From: an archaeon
Lineage (GTDB): Archaea; Iainarchaeota; Iainarchaeia; Iainarchaeales; CSSED10-239
NCBI GenBank assembly: GCA_041657425.1
Contig: JBBABY010000001.1
Span: 1 to 32,000, forward strand
Length of the DNA stretch: 32,000 nt
Reading direction: 5' to 3'
Shown here: in pieces, positions 8,579 through 17,355 of the stretch
Layout: every line of letters begins with the position of its first letter
Position numbering within the stretch: position 1 is the stretch's first letter
Program-made: the position numbers and the translations under genes
Notes under the pieces: generated by a model
The model's input: the letters and a program-made list of their open reading frames with translations, nothing else
The model's database searches: none
Told to the model about the DNA's origin: nothing

Positions 8579-9652
8579 ATGATAATTATGAATTCTCCTA
8601 CATTACAATTACGAGTAAATCATGCTGTCGAGATACTTATTAATCACATGAATCAAAATATAGAATTAAGCTACAATGCCACAAATAACATTATAGATGT
8701 TTTGTGCGATTTAATTCACGAAAAATTGCCAAATAAAACTTATTTTCAAATACTAGAGGACCTATCAAAAGATTTATCTATAAGTAAATCTGCAGAATCC
8801 TATTTAATAAAATTTTTTGAATATGACGGACTTAATTTTAAGCAAAAAAACTTTTATTTAAAATATAAGATGATACTAGAGTTAGATATTTCCTTGCAAA
8901 TAATTAGACATACAAATCCCGTATACTATGACAAACACATAGGACCTTACACAAAATTAACAATTTCCGAAAAACTAAAACTACTCGAAAAAAACCCCAT
9001 ATTAAAAACACAATTTCAAGAACTTGCTATAGTTACTGAAAAATTTGAAAAATTAAGACTAAAAAAACAAATCATTACTAGAAATGATAAATCAAACATT
9101 AGAGGCGAGAACCTAAATTTATTCCCTAAAATTAATTCAAAACTAAACCAAATACGTAATTCTATTACACAAATTGTAAAACGAGAATTTTCTAATACCC
9201 AAAATTCCAATTTAAAGAAAATAATTACAAATTTAAAATCTAAAAATTCTACAAAAAAAGACTTTGAACTATTAGAAAACTTAGAAATTACCTTTAATAA
9301 TTCCCGATTAATTGAAAATGAATACGGAGATTTTTCACAAATACAAACTTCCAAAGATGCATATATTAGTTTATTAATTAGAAAAATAAAGACAAATCAA
9401 GAACTCACTAATGACGAATTTGAAAATATATTAAACATACTTAAAAATGCCATTTTAAATAAACATCCAGAAAAAACTAAAGAAGAAATACTTGCAAAAT
9501 TAAGACAAGAAATTCCAAATAAAAAATTACTTACTCGCTTATTATTCAAACTTAAAACTACTGGGGCATTAACTAAACCAAAACATAATGAATTTGTAAT
9601 TGCTCATAAACAAATAATTAGAAATAAACTCAAACAATCCGTTGCTAAATAA
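8579..9652 (+). CDS. Hypothetical Lys/Asn-rich protein with no recognisable family.
   Basis: 357-aa ORF with an ATG start. It lies 27 nt upstream of hel308 on the same strand. I recognised no catalytic or TM motifs. Confidence 0.5.
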   Translation: MIIMNSPTLQLRVNHAVEILINHMNQNIELSYNATNNIIDVLCDLIHEKLPNKTYFQILEDLSKDLSISKSAESYLIKFFEYDGLNFKQKNFYLKYKMILELDISLQIIRHTNPVYYDKHIGPYTKLTISEKLKLLEKNPILKTQFQELAIVTEKFEKLRLKKQIITRNDKSNIRGENLNLFPKINSKLNQIRNSITQIVKREFSNTQNSNLKKIITNLKSKNSTKKDFELLENLEITFNNSRLIENEYGDFSQIQTSKDAYISLLIRKIKTNQELTNDEFENILNILKNAILNKHPEKTKEEILAKLRQEIPNKKLLTRLLFKLKTTGALTKPKHNEFVIAHKQIIRNKLKQSVAK

Positions 9653-9679
9653 AAAGCTTTAGGTACTTATTTTATTTAT

Positions 9680-11836
9680 ATGCCTGAAATTAACATTATT
9701 TCAACTATCCTTAAAACAAATGATTATTTATCACTTAACCCTGTTCAAGAAAAAGCATCTAAACATATTGGAGAAAACCTTCTTGTTTGTGCGCCTACTG
9801 CTTCTGGGAAAACAACCATCTTTGAGATGTTCCTTTTAGATTTTGCAATTGGTAAAAAAAAGAAAGTAATCTATATTTCTCCACTTAAAGCTTTAACTTT
9901 TGAACACTATAATGATTTTAAGAAAAAATACTCTAAAAAATTTGATTTAAAATTTGGAATATCTACTGGAGATCTTGACAGTAGTTCTAAGAACCTTTCA
10001 AATTATGATGTTTTGTTTTTAACATTTGAAAAATTTGATTCTGTACTTAGACATGAACCAGAATGGATTAAAGACATTGGCTGTGTATGTATTGATGAGA
10101 TACATGAACTTGGTAGCGATAGAGGAACTACTCTTGAAATCTTAATCACACAATTGAAAGTTAACTTTAAAGGCATTGTTTTCTTAGGGCTATCTGCAAC
10201 TATTGGTAACTCTGAAAGCTTGGCTAAATGGCTTGGAGCTAAACTCATCACTAGTAGCTATAGGCCAATCCCCTTAGAGATTGGAATCAATTATGGTAAT
10301 GACGTTTTCTTTGAGGAAAGAAAAGTTGAGCTTGAAAATTCTATGAAAGATGATTCTCTAGGTAACATTATTAATGACACATTAAAACAAAATAAACAAC
10401 TTATTGTTTTCTGTAATTCTAGAAGTAACACTATGTCTTTTTCTTCAAAGTATAAAGATATTGTTAGAAAATACTTAAAAACTGAAGAAACTGAAGAACT
10501 ACGAAAGATTGCAAGAACCGCTGGAGATGCCCTTGAAACTCCAACTAAACAATGCTTGTCTCTTTATTCCGCACTTCTTGATGGAATTGCATTTCATAAT
10601 GCAGGGCTTATCTATAAACAAAGAGAAATAATTGAAGAAGAATTTAAGAAAGGAAAAATAAGAATCATATTTGCAACACCAACACTTGCTGCAGGAATTA
10701 ATCTTCCGGCTTATCGTGTTGTAATAACTACCGTCTATAGATTTTCAAACGGATCAATGGTACTCATCCCAGTAAATGAATTCCATCAGATGACTGGAAG
10801 AGCTGGAAGACCAAAGTACGATAAGAAGGGAGAAGCAATCGTTATTGTTAACAAAGAAGCAGATGTACAAAGAGTTTACAACTCTTATGTTATTGCCCCA
10901 CCAACTGACATTGAATCACAATTGTCAAAGATTAATAATCTTAGAACTCAATTACTTTCAATCCTCTTAATCAACAATATTAAAACAATAAAAGAAATGA
11001 TGGAATATATTTCTAAAACGTTTTACTACTTTGTGTTTGGTAATGACCTACAAATAGAAATAAATGTTAGAGAGATTATTAATGAATTTGAAAATTATGG
11101 TTTTTTGGAAAAGAAAGATGAGAATATTAAACTTACAGAAACTGGAAAGAAAGTTTGTCTTTTGTATGTTGATCCACTATCTGCTAATAACATAATTAAA
11201 GACCTTGAAATTAAATCAAAACTTAAAAGTATTGAAGAACTTGTAAAATTATTTACTGTTGCAAACACCACAGAACTATATCCTTACTTGAAAGTAAAAA
11301 AAGAACAAGAAGATATTGTATTTGATATTTTTGAAGACATTAAAGAAATGATTAATTTTGATTATGAAGACATTAGACTTCTGGAAAAACTTACACTTGC
11401 TCAAATGCTTGTTGATTGGATAAACGAAATACCAGAAAACAGAATTATTGAGAAATACAATACAACTCCTGGACAACTTCAAGATTTAATCCATAAAGCA
11501 ACTTGGATTAATCATTGTATTCAAGAATTAATCAAAACCACTAAATCAAACATAAAACTATACAAAGAATACTCAGACCTTGAGATACAACTTAAATATG
11601 GAATTAGAAAAGAACTACTTTCTCTTGTTGAACTAAAAAACATTGGAAGAGTAAGAGCTAGAAAACTTTTCGAATCAGGAATCACAGGAATTGGAGAAAT
11701 TAAGAAACGCCCTGACAAATTCCTTTCAGTTGTTGGTAGGATTGGGCTAGACACACTGAAAGAATTAAAAATAGATTATACAGTAGAATATATAGAAAAT
11801 AAAAAGAAAGAACCTAAAAAAATACACGAATATTAA
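9680..11836 (+). CDS. hel308: Ski2-like DNA helicase Hel308/Hjm.
   Basis: SF2 motifs CAPTASGKT (I), DEIH (II), SAT (III) and QMTGRAGRP (VI). The C-terminal helix-hairpin-helix domain reads IGRVRARKLFESGITGIGEI. 718 aa. Confidence 0.9.
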   Translation: MPEINIISTILKTNDYLSLNPVQEKASKHIGENLLVCAPTASGKTTIFEMFLLDFAIGKKKKVIYISPLKALTFEHYNDFKKKYSKKFDLKFGISTGDLDSSSKNLSNYDVLFLTFEKFDSVLRHEPEWIKDIGCVCIDEIHELGSDRGTTLEILITQLKVNFKGIVFLGLSATIGNSESLAKWLGAKLITSSYRPIPLEIGINYGNDVFFEERKVELENSMKDDSLGNIINDTLKQNKQLIVFCNSRSNTMSFSSKYKDIVRKYLKTEETEELRKIARTAGDALETPTKQCLSLYSALLDGIAFHNAGLIYKQREIIEEEFKKGKIRIIFATPTLAAGINLPAYRVVITTVYRFSNGSMVLIPVNEFHQMTGRAGRPKYDKKGEAIVIVNKEADVQRVYNSYVIAPPTDIESQLSKINNLRTQLLSILLINNIKTIKEMMEYISKTFYYFVFGNDLQIEINVREIINEFENYGFLEKKDENIKLTETGKKVCLLYVDPLSANNIIKDLEIKSKLKSIEELVKLFTVANTTELYPYLKVKKEQEDIVFDIFEDIKEMINFDYEDIRLLEKLTLAQMLVDWINEIPENRIIEKYNTTPGQLQDLIHKATWINHCIQELIKTTKSNIKLYKEYSDLEIQLKYGIRKELLSLVELKNIGRVRARKLFESGITGIGEIKKRPDKFLSVVGRIGLDTLKELKIDYTVEYIENKKKEPKKIHEY

Positions 11837-11848
11837 AGAGACAAAATC

Positions 11849-12382
11849 ATGCATATAAAAGAAAAAATTACAACTCTAAAAAATAAAATAAAAACAAAAG
11901 TTATAACTATTAAAGAAGACATAACTGATTTTAAGAAAGATATTAATGAAAATCTAGAATTTATAAATTCTTTAAGAAACCTGAATTCAAAAAATTACCA
12001 CCTACAATATAATATTAAAGACAATGTTCTTAGACTATTTGATTTAAGAAAAATAAAAAACACGAATATCCAAGAATTAAAGAGTGTGTTTGAAGAAATT
12101 AAAATAATTGCAAGATTAAATCATTGTAAAGAAATTAGAGTTAGAACTTGGGTATTTGTAGTACACCCTGAAATAAAAAATAAACTGGGATTCTTAATTT
12201 CAGAAATTGACGGGAAACAAAAGAAAGAAAAAGATTTTAAAAGAATTCTAGGGTGGCTAAGCATTAAGAAAATCTTAAGTGAAGATCGGAAAAAAAATTT
12301 GTGGATTTTACAAAACAATGGGCAGAAAAAGAAACTACCATTTACTTCTGAGGAATTCCCTGAATATGTTCTACGACTCTAA
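11849..12382 (+). CDS. Hypothetical protein, paralog A of a tandem pair.
   Basis: 177 aa, starting 12 nt after the hel308 stop. It shares NSKNY, CKEIRVRTWVF..HPE and EEFPEYVLRL with the next ORF. Confidence 0.5.
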   Translation: MHIKEKITTLKNKIKTKVITIKEDITDFKKDINENLEFINSLRNLNSKNYHLQYNIKDNVLRLFDLRKIKNTNIQELKSVFEEIKIIARLNHCKEIRVRTWVFVVHPEIKNKLGFLISEIDGKQKKEKDFKRILGWLSIKKILSEDRKKNLWILQNNGQKKKLPFTSEEFPEYVLRL

Positions 12383-12528
12383 AATTAACGCCATTTATTC
12401 AGATCCACACCAGTTTTTTTCAATTATTACAAAGATTAGACTTGCAATACTTAAAAAATTATAAATTCATTGCTCTAAAAAATATATTGAAAAACCTAAA
12501 ACTAAAAAATACGCGAATATTGATTAAT

Positions 12529-13002
12529 ATGCCATTAAAAAAATTAGATATAATTGCTAGGTTTAAAAAACCGAGAATTAATAAAAATTTAGAAATCGAA
12601 AAACACATAAACAGCAAAAATTATTCATTTTCTTTTTGGTTAAAACCTAACAAAAATTACTTAGAATTAAGATTTGTTAAAAATAAATCAGTAAAATATA
12701 CTTCCGATATGGAGAATCACACTATTGATAAATTTAATATAATAGAATTGACAGAAAATATAAATAAAGCAAAACAAATGGCAAAAGAAAATAATATAAA
12801 ATATATTGTAATGGACACATGGATTTTTAATAAAAAACACCCTCATTTATTATCTTTATTTTGTAAAAAGTTTAACTTAGAATTTTATAATATTAAAACA
12901 GAAAAAACAGACAAATACATGAACTGGTTGTTATTTCGTGGAAAATTAAAATCTCTTTTTCTAAAAGAATATCCACGATATATTTTTAAAATAAAAGACT
13001 AA
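12529..13002 (+). CDS. Hypothetical protein, paralog B of a tandem pair.
   Basis: The track ORF starts at a TTG at 12442. I prefer the in-frame ATG at 12529 (MPLKKLDII...). It shares NSKNY, IKYIVMDTWIF..HPH and KEYPRYIFKI with paralog A. Confidence 0.45.
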   Translation: MPLKKLDIIARFKKPRINKNLEIEKHINSKNYSFSFWLKPNKNYLELRFVKNKSVKYTSDMENHTIDKFNIIELTENINKAKQMAKENNIKYIVMDTWIFNKKHPHLLSLFCKKFNLEFYNIKTEKTDKYMNWLLFRGKLKSLFLKEYPRYIFKIKD

Positions 13003-14279
13003 CACCATTTATCGTCTGTAGGTTTAATTAATTCCCTTGCAAGGTTTGTTGCATAGTTTCCTTTGTCAAGCGTGAAAGACAAAGTGAGTTTCTTGAAGTT
13101 TGGATTTTCTTCTTTGTTTCTCTCATTGTCATCATCTGCTATCTCTAACAAATCTAAATTAAAAACTGGAATTCTGATTGGACGATGATCGCCTTTACTT
13201 GAAAAGACTGAGTGGTCGTTATTATAAAACATCTCAAGAGTAACTCCTTCTTTGTCCAAGATTTCCTGCTCTATTCTTCCTGCTTCTCCCTCATTAACTT
13301 TTGAAGAAAACCCAAACAATGGAATCATTACTTCTCCGTTTAATATTGTGTCTCCTTCGATTTGGGCTGTACCAAAACCTTTCTCTATTCTTCTGGTGAT
13401 TATCTGGTTATAAAGATAAGACTGATAAGCGTGAACAAAAAGATACTGGATTGCTTTTGGTAAGGTCTTAAATACGCCTAAATAATCATCTGGATTGTTT
13501 GCTAAATAATTAAGCATTAATCTTTCATAACCTGCGCCCGATGGAAAATCATAAGCGTGTTTTCCAAAATTAAGATCTTCTCTTAATTGTTTTCTTGCTT
13601 CGCGAAGTTCTGGAGACTCCATTTCGCAGTCTTCTGTTAAGTAGGAAAGAATTGCTTCTTTGTAATTGTTTTGTAAAATTAATTTTCCTACTTTGTGGGT
13701 GATGTCTCTAGCGCCACCAAATCTTTGTTCTCCAAAGTAGTTGATTAGTCCTGTTGTTCCTATTTGCTTTTTAAAATCTGCAAAAAGTGTTTGTAGTTCT
13801 TCAATTGTATGGTTTGGAATTCTTCTTACTGTTATTGTAAATTTATTTTGACGAAGATCTCCAATATCAATTCTAGTTTTCGACCAAACTGGATTGTATA
13901 ATTTTATATATTTAAAATAAAATTTAGAAATTCTTTCTTTTTGTGGCTCGAAGATAGAAAGACGTTGAACAGTAATTGCTCTTTTGTCTTTTAGACCTGC
14001 ATAACCAATTCTTTTTCTGCTTGTTCTAAGAAATCTTGAAATGTCATTAATCGCTGTTGTTGTTGAAAGATTAAACTTTTCTACATCAACTAAAAGCTGA
14101 TCATTATCTTCTTTCTTCTCAAAAACTGCATCCCAATCTGTTTCAGGAACTTTCTTATCTGGAAGATAAGTCAAATGAGTTACATAATCTCTACCTATTT
14201 CTTCAACAATAAAATCCGCACAGAATTGTTTTATTCTTCCATTTATTGGTTTTGTGGTTGTTATATATTTAAAGTCCAT
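12999..14279 (-). CDS. truD: tRNA pseudouridine synthase TruD/Pus7 family.
   Basis: FIVEEI at the N-terminus, the catalytic motif GYAGLKDKRAITVQ, and NYFGEQRFG. 426 aa. Confidence 0.88.
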   Translation of the reverse strand: MDFKYITTTKPINGRIKQFCADFIVEEIGRDYVTHLTYLPDKKVPETDWDAVFEKKEDNDQLLVDVEKFNLSTTTAINDISRFLRTSRKRIGYAGLKDKRAITVQRLSIFEPQKERISKFYFKYIKLYNPVWSKTRIDIGDLRQNKFTITVRRIPNHTIEELQTLFADFKKQIGTTGLINYFGEQRFGGARDITHKVGKLILQNNYKEAILSYLTEDCEMESPELREARKQLREDLNFGKHAYDFPSGAGYERLMLNYLANNPDDYLGVFKTLPKAIQYLFVHAYQSYLYNQIITRRIEKGFGTAQIEGDTILNGEVMIPLFGFSSKVNEGEAGRIEQEILDKEGVTLEMFYNNDHSVFSSKGDHRPIRIPVFNLDLLEIADDDNERNKEENPNFKKLTLSFTLDKGNYATNLARELIKPTDDKWC

Positions 14280-14283
14280 AAAA

Positions 14284-15522
14284 TCACTTATACCTTAAGA
14301 TTGAACCAACACCACCAAAGGTATTTAGGAATTGATTGCCTTCTGGGGTTTCTATGGAGATTAAAACTACTTTTGTACCGTAACTTTCACACATATCTTG
14401 TAAATATTCATAAAGATCTGCAATCTCTACTTCTTCTTCGTTTGTTTTTGAATCACAGTACTGGCATGGAACTGCTTGATTATTATCTTTTGTTTTATCT
14501 TTAATTATCTTTGAAGTAAATTGATTACAATTTGTACATTTATACTTATGAACAATCCATTCTAGACCTTCAGAAACAAGAACAGTTTCTGCTTTTCCTA
14601 AAGTTATACTTTCAATAACTTCATTATAACCGTATGTTGCAAGACCATTAGTTGCAACTTTTTCTATAAACTTAGAAATCAATTCTCTTTCTCTAGTAAT
14701 ACTTGCGTCTTTTAGGATTTCGCCAGATTTATCAAGCATTTCTTTTATTCCAGATTCGTCTGTATAACTAGTATCAAGTGTCCCCATTACCATGTTCTTT
14801 AATCTGTAATCTAAATTTGCATCTTCTAAAAACTCCATTTTTGTGTAGCCTGGCCCACCAACAATTAATCCTTTTAATTTTGGCAATTCTACTAACGCAG
14901 TATTCATTCGTTCTCCAATTCTTTTAAAAAAGTCTTCTGCAGCTTTTTCTCTTAATCTTTCAAATCTTGCCGCGGATTGTCCACCAGCTCTTGATTTCCC
15001 AGGAACACCACTTGTTTCATGTAAAAAGATATGATAGGACTTTCCTGAAAGAATTGCAGCTGTCGCTTCTCTCTTATCAACTGTTACTAAACCATACACT
15101 TCATCAGTCTGTGCCATATCTTCCATTGGACCAGTGTGAAATTCAGAATCGCACCAGTATAATTTTGTAGTTAATGGCTTTGGTGGAGTGATTGTTAAAA
15201 GAATAACATCATTCTTTGCAGGATTCTCTGAAACATTTCCTGAGAAAAGAACTAGCCCTGTTGGAGGCAATTTAAAATCGATTTGCCTTAAATAATTAAT
15301 TAGTCTTCTTAATGCTGCTTGAACATTCTTTCTTGTTTGTTGTGATTTGATATTTGATGACTGGCTTTGTTCATCAGTTAATTGTTTTGTTACTGAAGAT
15401 CTATCTGCATTTGGAGGGATGTATAGACTAATTAATTGTGTTCCATCTCCTTTTAGAGTCTTTATTTCTTTAAGTTTCTTCTTTAATAACAAAACTTGTG
15501 ATTCGTCCATATTAATGTCCAC
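14284..15522 (-). CDS. prf1: Peptide chain release factor aRF1.
   Basis: NIKS motif (SSNIKSQQT), YWCDSEF, and GGQ motif (AGGQSAARFERLR). The track start is GTG at 15522. The in-frame ATG at 15510 (MDESQV...) is an equally plausible start. Confidence 0.9.
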   Translation of the reverse strand: MDINMDESQVLLLKKKLKEIKTLKGDGTQLISLYIPPNADRSSVTKQLTDEQSQSSNIKSQQTRKNVQAALRRLINYLRQIDFKLPPTGLVLFSGNVSENPAKNDVILLTITPPKPLTTKLYWCDSEFHTGPMEDMAQTDEVYGLVTVDKREATAAILSGKSYHIFLHETSGVPGKSRAGGQSAARFERLREKAAEDFFKRIGERMNTALVELPKLKGLIVGGPGYTKMEFLEDANLDYRLKNMVMGTLDTSYTDESGIKEMLDKSGEILKDASITRERELISKFIEKVATNGLATYGYNEVIESITLGKAETVLVSEGLEWIVHKYKCTNCNQFTSKIIKDKTKDNNQAVPCQYCDSKTNEEEVEIADLYEYLQDMCESYGTKVVLISIETPEGNQFLNTFGGVGSILRYK

Positions 15523-15568
15523 TAATTTAAAATAGCTATATATAATTAGGAAAGAAAATAAATATAAA

Positions 15569-16750
15569 CTAGGGAGATTTTTCTTTCTTGTACTTTGAAA
15601 TTACTTCTTTAAAGGTTTTCTCATAAGTAGAGATAACGCTCTTCATATCGTGTTTCTTTATTGATTTCTTATTATTTTCTTTAAATTTCTTATATAATTT
15701 TTTATTATCAATTAATTTTATAACTGCATCTTTAAATGCAATTTTATCTTCTGAATCAACTAAAAAACCATTATAGTTATCTTTTATTAAATACTTAATC
15801 CCGTTTTCATTAACTCCAACACACACAAGTCCATTAACTTGGGCCTCTAGAACTGATAAACCAAAAGTCTCTGTTCTAGAAGTTATTACAAATATATCAC
15901 ATGCTTGATAATAGCCTTTAGTTATTAAATCTTGATATTTTATTGCTCCAAAAAGCATAACTGACTTATTTAGTTTTAGTTTTCTTATTTCTTTTTGTAA
16001 ATCTTTCTTTTGAGGGCCATCTCCAATTATTACTAACTTTGATTCTGGCTTTTCTTTTAAGATTAATTTAAAACAATTTAGAAGATAAATAAGATTTTTC
16101 TCATAAGCAAGTCTTCCTACAAACAAAAGAACTGGTCCTTTTGAGTTTATTCTCTTTTTTATTTTTGCAATTTCTGATTTTGGGGAATCTTGTTTTTCTA
16201 TACCATTTGAAATTACTCTTACTGGTGGTCTACAATGATTTTCAATTAACTTAACTTTAACAATCTCTGAAGGACACGTAATTATCTCGCAAGTATTGTA
16301 ATATAAATTTGTATATTTCCAAGCAAGCTTATCTACAAAATTATAACCAAGTTTCATATGTCTTAAATATTCTTTTTCACAAATAAATGTGTGATATGTT
16401 CCAACAATTGGAATGCCTAGGTTCTTAGCAATTAGTATTCCTTTTATTGCAACAGTAAAAGGAACTACAAAATAAATTAACTCTACATTATTATCTTTTA
16501 TAAATTTTATAGATTTCCTGCTTATTGGCGAAACCATTTTAAAATCGGTATAAATAAAATTAGCAGAACCACTTTTTACATATCTTACTTTTATGTTTGG
16601 ATATTCAAAATCAGGAGTGTCCTTATATTTTGGAGCAATAATATATATTTTGTGCCCTTTATCTGCTAAACCTTTTGATAAATTTAATACTGCAGTCACC
16701 ACTCCATTAATTTGTGGTAAAAAATTATCAGTAAATATTGCAATATTCAT
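15569..16750 (-). CDS. Family 4 (GT-B) glycosyltransferase.
   Basis: N-terminal MNIAIFTDNFLPQINGV, and the C-terminal EX7E motif (TETFGLSVLEAQVNGLVCVG). 393 aa. Confidence 0.8.
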   Translation of the reverse strand: MNIAIFTDNFLPQINGVVTAVLNLSKGLADKGHKIYIIAPKYKDTPDFEYPNIKVRYVKSGSANFIYTDFKMVSPISRKSIKFIKDNNVELIYFVVPFTVAIKGILIAKNLGIPIVGTYHTFICEKEYLRHMKLGYNFVDKLAWKYTNLYYNTCEIITCPSEIVKVKLIENHCRPPVRVISNGIEKQDSPKSEIAKIKKRINSKGPVLLFVGRLAYEKNLIYLLNCFKLILKEKPESKLVIIGDGPQKKDLQKEIRKLKLNKSVMLFGAIKYQDLITKGYYQACDIFVITSRTETFGLSVLEAQVNGLVCVGVNENGIKYLIKDNYNGFLVDSEDKIAFKDAVIKLIDNKKLYKKFKENNKKSIKKHDMKSVISTYEKTFKEVISKYKKEKSP

Positions 16751-16751
16751 A

Positions 16752-17204
16752 TTAAAAACAATTTTCCTTTAAACAATCCTTTTGATATGGAAATGTAATC
16801 CACATTGTTCTTTGAATTTCATTTATTGAGAAATCAGGAATTAATTTTTTACCTTTAGGTCTATAGAAAAGAGTTGCTAATGTAACAGTCTTAACTTGCT
16901 TATTTCTTTTAATAACTTTTACTATTTCATTAGTTGTTTCTTCCATGATATCGTCAACAAGAAGAATGTCTCCTTTAATTGGATAAAGAGAAGAAATATT
17001 CTCATCAATCGTGTATTTGTCGTTTATATATTTCGCAGAGATTACAGCTAGTGGTTTTTCTAAAATCTCTGAAAGGATTTTTCCAAGAACTAACCCGCCT
17101 CTACTTACACAAATAATCAAATCTACTTCTTTTTTAGAAGATTTAATTTTTTTTGCTAGTTCAAAAGACAAGCTTTCAAATTCATTCCAAGACATTGAAT
17201 ACAT
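16752..17204 (-). CDS. Type I phosphoribosyltransferase, purine (xanthine/guanine/hypoxanthine) PRT-like.
   Basis: PRPP-binding loop GDILLVDDIMEETTNEI, VSRGGLVLG, and a C-terminal WITFPY resembling Gpt-type enzymes. 150 aa. There is a 1-nt gap to the glycosyltransferase gene. Confidence 0.65.
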   Translation of the reverse strand: MYSMSWNEFESLSFELAKKIKSSKKEVDLIICVSRGGLVLGKILSEILEKPLAVISAKYINDKYTIDENISSLYPIKGDILLVDDIMEETTNEIVKVIKRNKQVKTVTLATLFYRPKGKKLIPDFSINEIQRTMWITFPYQKDCLKENCF

Positions 17205-17355
17205 GATATCTTATTTGAGGATTGTAGAAACCCTTTTTTAACTCCTAATTTTAATAGTATAAAAAACACAGATTTTGAAAATTTATGTTAAATATATTAT
17301 AACCGATAAGTTTTAATATCTTTTACAAAATAGTTAATGGGGTTTTTAGAGAAGT
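17205..17355. repeat. Copy A of a duplicated intergenic module. It covers the region downstream of the giant gene (upstream of the PRT gene) plus the last ~30 nt of the giant ORF.
   Basis: The core at 17288-17330, 'ttaaatatattataaccgataagttttaatatcttttacaaaa', matches 22166-22208 with 3 mismatches in 43. Weaker shared blocks (ttgtagaa, actcct, g(g)agaagt) extend on both sides. Confidence 0.8.

Noticed and set aside
12442-12528. A TTG-initiated extension of paralog B, and the overlapping track ORF at 12279-12464.
   Set aside because: The extension is Lys/Asn/Leu low-complexity sequence in the intergenic spacer. The ATG at 12529 aligns better with paralog A. ORF 12279-12464 overlaps the 3' end of paralog A out of frame.
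14455-14538. A four-Cys insertion (CTNC...x20...CQYC) in the C-terminal domain of aRF1, considered as a possible novel zinc ribbon.
   Set aside because: The eRF1/aRF1 C-domain is known to carry a variable minidomain at this position. Without an alignment I cannot show that this insertion is unusual, so it is probably typical for the lineage.
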